A stretch of 62,966 nt of DNA, filler included, from Salisapilia sapeloensis CBS 127946 (lineage: Eukaryota > Protista > Oomycota): NCBI GenBank assembly GCA_023334545.1. It is 9 parts of 9 records of this genome, joined end to end, with 100 filler letters (N's around TTAATTAATTAA, not from the genome) between each part and the next. Parts side by side here need not be neighbours in the genome. Positions count along the whole stretch, not along the records: positions 19,588 to 25,697 come from JAADVB010000576.1; positions 25,798 to 34,134 come from JAADVB010000494.1; 7 more parts are not named here. One strand, written 5' to 3'. Each line of letters begins with the position of its first letter. Position 1 is the stretch's first letter. The notes under the pieces were generated by a model, which was not told the DNA's origin, ran no database searches, and saw only the letters and a program-made list of their open reading frames with translations. The position numbers and the translations under genes are program-made. Below, one piece after another: positions 20,973 to 29,664 of the stretch.

Positions 20973-23276
20973 TTACAGCGAAGCGCGCACCTCCTTGGTG
21001 GCGTCCACCATGTTGCGCAGCGCCGCGATCGTCTCCGGCCACTTGCGCGTCTTAAGACCGCAGTCTGGGTTCACCACCACCTGCTTGGCCGGAAGCAGGT
21101 TCAAGAAGCTCTGCAGCTTCTTGACAATGTCCTCCTTCGGAGGCACCACCGGCGAGTGGATATCGTACGTGCCCGGACCAAGGTCGCGGTTGTAGTTGAT
21201 CGCCTTGAACTCGCGGATCGTCTCGTCGCCGGAGCGAGCGTTCTCGATCGAGTTGCAGTCCGCATCGATGTCGTCGATCGAGTGCATGCAGTCCGCGAAC
21301 TCGCAGTAGCACATGTGCGTGTGGATCGCCGTCTCGTTGCGGGCCACCGCCGTCGACAGACGGAACGCCTTCACGGCCCAGTCCAGGTACACGTCCTTCT
21401 TCGACGTCTTCAGCGGCATGCCCTCGCGGAGAGCAGGCTCGTCCATCTGGATGATCTGGCACTTGGCAGCCTCCAGGTCCGCCACCTCGTCACGCAGGCA
21501 CAGAGCCAGCTGGTACGCCTGGTCCTTGCGGCTCAAGTCCTGACGCGGGAACGACCAGTTCAGGATCGTCACCGGACCCGTCAGCATGCCCTTCACAGGC
21601 TTCGACGTGAAGCCCTGCGCAACCACGAACTCGCGCACAGTCATGTCGCGAGGACGCACCAGGTCCGCGAAGATGATCGGCGGACGCACGCAGCGAGAGC
21701 CGTAGCTCTGCACCCAGCCGTTCTGCGTAAACGCAAAGCCCTGCAGCTTCTCCGCAAAGTACTCGACCATGTCCGTGCGCTCCGGCTCGCCGTGCACAAG
21801 AATGTCCAGACCGAGCGCCTCCTGGATACCGATGTTGAACGCGATCTGCTCGTCAATCTTGGCTTGGTAGTGCTCGAGCGAAATGTCGCCGGCCTTGAGC
21901 TTGCGGCGGAGAGCCCGGATCTGGGCCGTCTGCGGGAACGAACCGATCGACGTCGTCGGCAGGATCGGAAGACCCTTCAACTGCTCCGGACGACGCTCCG
22001 CGAACGGAGACGGACGGTTGAAGTCCGCGTCCTGCACGCCAGCCATGCGGCTCTGCACGTCGCTCTTCGCAGGGTGCTTCTGGTAGTACAAGTCCCACAG
22101 CTTCTTCGTCTCGTCAAGAGCGGACGCGGCGGCAGACTCGCCCTGGATCGCGATCTGCTTCACGAGCTCGAGCTCCGCCAGCTTCTCGTACGCAAAGCTC
22201 AGCACGCCCAAAAGACCCTCCGTCTCGCCTTCGTTCAGAGACTTCTCGCACTCCGTCGTGTACGGAACGTGCTGCAGCGAGGACGACGTCTGGATCGTCA
22301 CCGAGGCACCAGAGGCCTTCGACACCACGCTCTTGATGTCCTCCACCAGCTTGCTCACCTTGACCGGGTTGATCTTCCAGATGCTGCGGCCGTCGATCAG
22401 GCCGGCACCGAGACGCTTGTTGGCCGGGAAGCCGACCTTCTGGAGAAGCTCCAGGCTGTCTCCGCGAGTAAAGTCCATGGACAGAGCGTCCACGTTCGAC
22501 TCGGAGAACCACTGGAACACCTGCTCGTCGACGCTCTCAAAGTACGTCGCGATGTTCAGGCTCAGCTTCTCGTGCTGGACGGCGCCCTTCTCGCTCTTGG
22601 AGCCGTACACCTTCGGCAGGTGGGACACCAGAGAAGAAGCCTGCGCGCCCACCAGAGACGGCTCGTGCACCTGCACCTCCTTGACACCGAGCTTGGAAAG
22701 CTCCTCCAAAAGCTCCGAGTAGAGCGGCAAGAGCTTCTCGAGCATCGACTCGAGCGTCGTGCCGTCATACTTGGACAGACTCAAGTACGTGAGCGGACCG
22801 ATGACCACCGGCACAGCCTTCTCGGCACCAACCACGGACACCGCGCGCTTGATCTGCGCCAGGTACGAGGAAAAGTTGGCCTTAGGGCTCGTCTGGGCGT
22901 TCAGCTCAGGGACCTCGTAGTGGTAGTTCGTGTCGAACCACTTGGTCATGTCGAGCGCCGGGATGCCGTCGACGCCACGGGCCATGGCAAAGTACTGCGC
23001 CAGACCGTCGAGCTTGGCGAAACGCTCCGGAGCGCAGCCGAGGTAGAACGTCCAGTCGAGGATGTGGTCGTAGAAGGAGAACATGCCGACGGCGATGCGG
23101 TCCACACCGGCGTCCAGCTGCTTCTTCCAGTTGGCCTCCTCGACTCCGTTGGCCACCTTGCGCAGCTCCTCTTCCGAGATACGGCTGCGCCAGTACTTTT
23201 CAAGGGCGAACTTGAGCTCACGGTTCGGGCCCATGCGAGGGAAGCCGAGGGTGCCGCTGTCGACGTTGAGGCTCAT
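20973..23276 (-). CDS. metE: Cobalamin-independent methionine synthase (5-methyltetrahydropteroyltriglutamate-homocysteine methyltransferase), about 767 aa
   Basis: N-terminus MSLNVDSGTLGFPRMGPNRELKFALEKYW; motifs DMTKWFDTNYHYEVPE, LPTTSIGSFPQT, HGEPERTDMVEYF, GWVQSYGSRCVRPP; Zn-binding HTHMC and VNPDCGLKTR. The true start is most likely ATG 23276, not 23396. Confidence 0.97.
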   Translation of the reverse strand: MSLNVDSGTLGFPRMGPNRELKFALEKYWRSRISEEELRKVANGVEEANWKKQLDAGVDRIAVGMFSFYDHILDWTFYLGCAPERFAKLDGLAQYFAMARGVDGIPALDMTKWFDTNYHYEVPELNAQTSPKANFSSYLAQIKRAVSVVGAEKAVPVVIGPLTYLSLSKYDGTTLESMLEKLLPLYSELLEELSKLGVKEVQVHEPSLVGAQASSLVSHLPKVYGSKSEKGAVQHEKLSLNIATYFESVDEQVFQWFSESNVDALSMDFTRGDSLELLQKVGFPANKRLGAGLIDGRSIWKINPVKVSKLVEDIKSVVSKASGASVTIQTSSSLQHVPYTTECEKSLNEGETEGLLGVLSFAYEKLAELELVKQIAIQGESAAASALDETKKLWDLYYQKHPAKSDVQSRMAGVQDADFNRPSPFAERRPEQLKGLPILPTTSIGSFPQTAQIRALRRKLKAGDISLEHYQAKIDEQIAFNIGIQEALGLDILVHGEPERTDMVEYFAEKLQGFAFTQNGWVQSYGSRCVRPPIIFADLVRPRDMTVREFVVAQGFTSKPVKGMLTGPVTILNWSFPRQDLSRKDQAYQLALCLRDEVADLEAAKCQIIQMDEPALREGMPLKTSKKDVYLDWAVKAFRLSTAVARNETAIHTHMCYCEFADCMHSIDDIDADCNSIENARSGDETIREFKAINYNRDLGPGTYDIHSPVVPPKEDIVKKLQSFLNLLPAKQVVVNPDCGLKTRKWPETIAALRNMVDATKEVRASL

Positions 23277-23344
23277 GGTCGTCTTCTGTCTTTTCCGAGA
23301 TGGAGGGATGGTAGGCTCTTCTTCGACTTTGTGCTCTTTCAAGC

Positions 23345-23360
23345 CAAAAGTGGAATGGAT
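23345..23360 (-). promoter_or_regulatory. Probable Inr/FPR element upstream of metE
   Basis: The minus strand reads ATCCATTCCACTTTTG, a near match to the oomycete CATTYBNNNWTTY core, about 70 bp upstream of ATG 23276. Confidence 0.4.
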
Positions 23361-25797
23361 GGTAGCGGAAGACCTCGACGCGTCTGGATGGCGCAAGCAG
23401 ATCGCGGATCAAGAGCACATTCCTGTCTTGGCCGAGATTGGCTCGAACCCTTGGCACATTCCTATCGACACGTGGATTGGGTAGAAGTAGTTCACACCGA
23501 AACGAATTGGTCGAAAATGTAGAAAATTAACCTATCACAGACGCAGAAAAGGGGCGGCTGGTTCCTGAACACGCCAAATCCACCGTCAAACACGCCATTT
23601 TGGCTCTTGAAGTTGATACCACTCACACGCCGAGTTGATGCCATTTTCCCTTCAACTTCATATCAGCTAGACGAACATTTGCTTCCCACTCGATCTAAAG
23701 CGGTAAGTCTACTGACAAGTAGCTTCCGTGTATTTGGTCTTGTGGGAAGGCCATCTTTTATGCCTGTTACGTGCATCTCACGCAGCTACTAGAAACGTCG
23801 CAGTAACGGATTGAATTGTCCTCAGCCGTTTGAATACCGCCATCTACCCTAAACATTGACAACCTTTGGATCCTCGGGTCGATAGTAACCGTGCGAGTGC
23901 TGCCAGTACATCACAGACATGTTTCTTGCGATCGGCTAGACTATCGACGACAGTAGGACTCGACAACGACGCTGGCACTGTGGGAGGCACTGCTTTTCTT
24001 GGGTATACTTGCTGCTCTAACTTGACCACGCATACACACGAGTCTAAAGCACTGACTGCTGCGTATATATTCCATTTTGGCTCTGGCGGCGAAACGGTCG
24101 AGGTCACTGGTTTCTTGGGTGTGTTCTCCTCGTCACTGCAAAGCATGTGAGTTTGATACCGAGATTATGGTCATCTTTCCTCCTTTTGACTAGATGCAAA
24201 GCCTTTACGGAAGCTGTGCCAAACAAGTTGATGGATTGAACAGCCAAGTTTCCAACGTGCCCCGTAGCCATAGTGCCTACGCAATCCCCGGCTCTCCCTC
24301 CTGTGCGATGGAGAAATGCTCGAGCTACATTGACGGCTGGAAGGACGCGAGCATTACTGGTCGGTCAAGTGTTTTATGAGATATTATGGTTGCCAGTTTG
24401 CTCAACAGAGAGAGAATATGTCTACCCTCCGCAGGAAACGGTGCCACTTCGATATATAAAGCTCTGTTAACCTGAGCAGCGTAAGTGAGCAGTACTGACA
24501 ATTGTCAGCTTCGTAACTAACACAGAGGTCACCAATATCGTCATTTATGTAAGTTGACAAGGTGGCTCTGGCATCGACACGTTCATCAACCTGGATCTCG
24601 TTCCCTTACGGACTAGTCCCTGTAGTCTATTTACAATTTCCTGTCTAATGGCACATCAATACACCTTGGATGCCTATCTACTGCTCTTTGTATGGAATTT
24701 TGGAGTGCGGGAAGTGCAGAAAGCATCCCTGGTCTCGATGATTTGTGCCATGAATGCAGAAGCTGCATGCTTCCATGAAGTGGTACCAGCGAGAGTTAGA
24801 CGCATCAGTATCTATAAAATTGATGGGTCTAGCTCCAGCCTTCCGCACTTCGTATGAGGAAAACCCGGTTGCGAGTGATGAGAATGGTCTCACTATTAGG
24901 ATTTCCAAATCCATGAGAGTCCCAAATAGCTATAAACTCTCTGGTGACCAAAATGTGAACCTGAACTACTACGATGATCAGACATCTCAGGCCGGACACC
25001 CATTAATCAATCATTCATTTCCAATAATAAGCCATCTCCAGAGGTGATTGATCTTATTTGAAGCTGAGCCAAGTAAGGAGGGGAAACGGCCATCAGCACA
25101 AGAATATACGAGGTGAATTTACGTAGATTTGAAACCCCATTTTCTGTTTGAAGTACTGTGTTTTACTAAATACTAATATATGAAATAAAACTAAGATTTA
25201 ATAGTTAATATTTTATAAATGCTGCAAAGTCGCTGGATCAGGTGCTAGAGTCAGAGTAGTTTGGTGTGCTGGTGGCTACCCTAGTAGAACGTGGGTCTGT
25301 TGCTTGGCCAAAAGAAGCAGTTATTCTTTTCGTATGGGAAATCGACTCGCTTTTCTATTCTCGATACGGATCTTACTTTATCGTGTTCGCGCTGGGAGCA
25401 TACCAAGCAGCGCGCAATACAAGCAGGCAGAATTTTGGTATTATCGACGCGTGGGTACCTACACTCGGCATATCCTTCTAGGTGAATGCCCATGCCGTTT
25501 CTAACACACCTGCGGTAGAATTTCGTTTACTAGGAACCAATTTCAGATGTGTGGATCCACTTATGTTTTACTTTTACGGTCTTGTGATAGAAAAATTCGA
25601 GGTGAGGAGGAGAAATGGAGGAGGTAGTGGATGTAAAAGGTCAACGGAATTGCGTATAAGCAGACAGACAGAATTACGTCACAAAAAATTGTGCGTANNN
25701 NNNNNNNNNNNNNNNNNNNNNNNNNNNNNNNNNNNNNNNNNTTAATTAATTAANNNNNNNNNNNNNNNNNNNNNNNNNNNNNNNNNNNNNNNNNNNN

Positions 25798-26270
25798 CAC
25801 CTAGTTTTCGCTCGAAAGTTGATAGTAGAGACGACTGTGTCCTAGATAAGTTGCTAGATGGAAGATGCAGAAGTGGATTTGGAGCGTTCGGGACTGAAGA
25901 AGGGTTCATTCCTCAAAAGACCCAGAGTTTAGCAGTTGCTCGAACGGTGGAGGAGATTCACCACACGTACCAAGTAGAAGGCAACACGCAAGTGCTAAAC
26001 AGTCGCAGCTTTTTCTTTTACTGGTGTCATGCCGAAAAGCAAAAGCTTGTCGACATCCGAGAGAAATTAAAAGATCAATCCAATGAACAGAAGCATAGAT
26101 ACTGGTCGGAACTGAGGTTAGTCGTCGACCGAGCCATGTGTGAGGACTGCAAGGCTTTTGCGACGTCGTTAGCCACTCACGATAAATGCTGCATTCGGAT
26201 ACAGGATACAGAAGTCCTTAGGGTTTTTCAAGCTGACGGACAAGTAGAGAGTTTTGCGCTGACAAGATAA
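25798..26270 (+). CDS. SsdA-like (BaDTF2/DYW-related) zinc-dependent ssDNA cytosine deaminase domain; C-terminal part of a 5'-truncated gene
   Basis: The frame is open from the contig edge (first full codon 25800). Motifs SGFG...EGF...VEEIHH...FYWCHAEKQ...VVDRAMCEDCKAF..LA...IQDTEVLRVFQADGQVE follow the order I recall for Pseudomonas syringae SsdA (SGWG...EEIGH...HAEKQ...GVSKPMCTDC...VADPKAIRIFKTDGSVE). The HxE and CxxC ligands are intact. Confidence 0.8.
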
Positions 26271-26300
26271 CAAGTACAACAAACTTTATTTCTGGCGATA

Positions 26301-27396
26301 TTAAATTTCTTGAAAGGTCCGCGTCTCAAAGAGATGGAGAGTGAGTGCGGAGAGGAAGGCTGGGAACGAGTCGCAGGCTGTTAGATAAGTGAATACTCGG
26401 TCGTCAATCTGCTTGCTAAAGTCCGTGTCGAGAAGGTGGAGGCTGCCGTCTCTGTCCTTGCGTATCACCAGTTCGTCTTCATTCGGGTTCTCTGCGTACA
26501 TCGATCGAAGGCGTAAGAGTTCACTCCGACTTCCGGTGGTCTGCAGATCCAGCTTGTAACCCATGAGGAAAGCAACAGCTTCTCTGTAGTCTTTTGCTTG
26601 GCGCTGAAAGACCTCTTTAATGCGTTTGTTGAGTATCTGAAGTCCCTCCACACTCTCGTAGTCCGTCTGAGTAGACATCTTTGGAGCTTTGCTCGAGTGT
26701 CGAGAGTCTGTTTCCTTCTTCCGAAAGGCTTCGCTCGTGGGATTGACCTTTAGGTGAAGGATTTTGGTCGTCGCCGTGTTATAGTAGCCTTGTCCAAGTC
26801 GTTTTTCCAGCTCTGCTACTCTGCTTTCGGATCTGGTCAAGTGCTCTTCTAGTTGCTTGGCCTTTTGCTGACTCTCTTCTAGATCTTCCTGGAGACGATA
26901 TACGACTGATGAGTCTTTTGCTTCGTCACTTTGTCGTTGGGAATCAAGACTAGCGACCATGTCTTCTGATGACTTGATTGTGGCTTCAAGCTTGTCTAAG
27001 TGGGTGGCCTCGTCTGAAGTCAGTTTATAAGATAAAGCGAGTGACTGGACATCTTTCGTCAGTTGCTTTAGGGCAGCATGGACTGCTGTATTATTGGTCG
27101 CTTTCTAACAAACTGGTCACAAAGATGATCTGGATTGTACTACCAATACTAAATGACGTACCTCTCCTGATAGGGACGTCTCAATTCGCTGCCTTTTGAT
27201 ACCTGCCGTATTCTGCTTCTTTGGTGTGCGTACTACCTCGTTGCTGTCAGGCGTGGCGAAATCGAATACAGTATAGTCGATTGGATAGCTCACATTGCTT
27301 GTTTTCAGTCTCTAGCTCTTTGACACGACGCTCGAGTACCTTGACGTATTCTGGTGTGGGTTTTGACGCCGCCATCGACTCTTCAATACTCGCCAT
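26301..27396 (-). CDS. MAD1: Short MAD1-like spindle checkpoint protein, 3 exons (27396-27294, 27232-27162, 27104-26301), about 325 aa
   Basis: MAD2-interaction motif TKILHLKVNP, KRIKEVF (RLK-like), and C-terminal domain YREAVAFLMGYKLD...LRLRSMYAE...SFPAFLSALTLHLF. Both introns have GT-AG ends and keep the frame. Confidence 0.85.
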
Positions 27397-27711
27397 TTTT
27401 ATCGTGCTAGTGCAGTCTATCGCAACGACTTTCCTATCCTAGTGCCAATCCCTATACAGATGAAAACCAGATGAGCTACATGAGCACCATGCAACTGCTA
27501 TTGGAGTTATTCGACATACCTCAAAGAATACTGAGCTGAAACTGTACGCGTCGTGTGGAAAAGTAGATAAAGGTAGCTTGCTGACACTCTTGATTGACAA
27601 GCGTGTATTTGGGCGGGAAGAGTGCGCATTTACTCAGGATCACTTGAGAAGAGTAAGACCATACTGAGCGTCAATGTAAAACAGTCTACAAAGGCCTCGT
27701 AAAGTGACAAA

Positions 27712-29260
27712 ATGGATCCGAGGTATCCAGCTCCTAGTCTTATCAGCATCTTGTATGGCTGCCAATGTGGCAAAAAGGCACCTCTAAGCAAGCTATTCTT
27801 TAGCGAAGACCAGCGTGAGGTACTGTGTAGGCGTCCAACGTGCAGTCTACAGGAGTTGGAGTCATACTACTGTCCCCATCGATTGACAAACCTCCCATCG
27901 AAAGAGGCCGAGAGCTATCAGAATAGATCCAGCCGGACCTTTTGCTGCCCAGACTGTGATACCGTACTACAGACTGCGATGCATGATTTGAAGCAAAAGT
28001 ATTTTTTGTTTTGCCCTCACTGTCGATGGGATTCCTTGCAAGTGGATCTGCTGGAAGAAGACCAGGACACGTTACTCATGAGTGCGCTCCTGAGAGAAAG
28101 AGAGAGTGAAAAAGAAGATGTGTTTGAGGTTCTAGAGTCTTATCATTCGTCCGCGATAAATGGTGGAGCTCCCGAGCGTCGCTCTTCCGTCAGAAAATCG
28201 AGCGGAGGTCAGCATCGGTCATCTACGGCTTCCGGTCGACCCTATTCCAAACGAACAAGCAGCGTGGAGCTGAAAAATGGTCCGAGGAGCTCAAACAGCA
28301 GCAAAAGGAGCACCAGATGAGATCGTCTCGGTCGAATCGGATGGAGCAGATGGGTACGTGGAAAGTGGAGGACGCGATGAAAGAAGAACGAGACAAGGAG
28401 GAACGGCTTATCCAAGAGCGAAGTCGGAGTCACTGGCCATCCCTACTCCATTTGCTTACGTCGACTGGATCTTCACCGCCTTTCAACGTCATGGACGACG
28501 TTACTTCAACAGCCAAGCAACACGCCACAGATGAGGTCAGTACGTTGCGACAGAGGCTGACGCATCCTGTCGTCCAGTCATGAGACACGAAGCAGCTATT
28601 GCCTTCCCGACCTCTGTTAAGAGTCAAACGGACGTGGAGAAGGGTAAAAGCAATGGAGAAAGGATCAGCTGGAATACTGGTGAAACCGCAGATCAATCCA
28701 ATGACAGGAGACAGCTCACTGCCTGGTCAGCTGAGTTGGTTTAAGAAAGCGAGTCTCTCCAGTCACCACCTTCCTGTCTTCACATTCAAGCAGCTAACGC
28801 ACCGACGTGATGATAAGGTCATAGAGCTCCGTTTGATGGTGGAAAATCTGACGGACGAAAACGTATAGATGACGATCCGAACGAATGCAAATTGTACGGG
28901 CTCTGAACTTTCGAACGTCGATGAGACTACGCCAATCGTCATTGGAGCTTACGAAGATCCGAATCTCGCCGGATCCTTCAATGCGCAGGACGTCTTGGAA
29001 GCAATAAATGGCATGGCAGTCGGGTCAACTGGTGACTAGGTGGAACTGGAGCTCGAGATAGGCCTATTTGCTAAGCAAGCAGCAAGTTGAGAGCTAATTG
29101 TTGATGTCTTCGATTATAGATACAAGACGACAAAATATTGTCGTATATCTGCTGCAGCCTTGCCGCGGACGCAGAAGAGTTCGAGCAGGACAAGGAGCAA
29201 GTCGTCGACATCTCAGTGATCACGCTTCCAATAGAAATAATTATCCAATTGCAAATGAAG
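27712..29260 (+). pseudogene. DCTN4: Dynactin subunit 4 (p62) pseudogene
   Basis: p62 motifs YYCPxxLxNLPSKEA...CPDC...CPHCRWDS and STLRQRLTHP...LLRVKRTWR...GILVKPQINP. It has a frameshift near the A5 run 28273-28277 and in-frame stops at 28581 (TGA), 28866 (TAG), 29037 (TAG) and 29088 (TGA). The 3' limit is approximate. Confidence 0.8.
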
Positions 29261-29664
29261 TGTGAACAGTACATGTTGCTGAGTCCATTGCTATGCACTA
29301 AAGGATACCTAGGCTTTTGGTAGAACAGGCAAAATATGCACGCTGCTCTGGTTGTTGTACTTGTTCATATATTTTAAAACTCGCATCACGCCTTTGTTTC
29401 CGTGAAGATGCTTTTATTCCAGTGATGATAGTAGATCATCATTTTCAAACTCTTACAATTTAACTAGCATTCGAAAGCTTGATAGATGACTAGAGTGACG
29501 ATACAACGCAACAACTATACTTCAACTCCGACGCATTGATAAAAATTAATCGACTCCAAATGTTCAATGTTGAAAACTGATTCATAAGTAAGAGTTAAAT
29601 ATATTATTGTATACAATGTAGTAAAGTAACGTAACAATTAATAATTCAAAACACAAACATAGAG

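Noticed and set aside
23430-23460. GGGTTCGAGCC T-loop-like motif (possible tRNA)
   Set aside because: There is no T-stem pairing or cloverleaf. I found no tRNA, rRNA or CRISPR array anywhere in the window.
20934-23522. 862-aa ORF antisense to metE, and similar long shadow ORFs (10357-11307, 59985-61007, 14962-15441)
   Set aside because: They mirror real genes with strong codon bias or low-complexity repeats, and they have no recognisable motifs.
24300-25500. Fragments resembling hAT (IDGWKD) and Harbinger (GYLHSAYP) transposases
   Set aside because: The matches are too short and scattered to exceed chance.
28189-28262. Possible 74-nt intron that would repair the p62 frameshift
   Set aside because: The donor is weak (GTCAGA), there is no clear branch point, and the downstream in-frame stops would remain.
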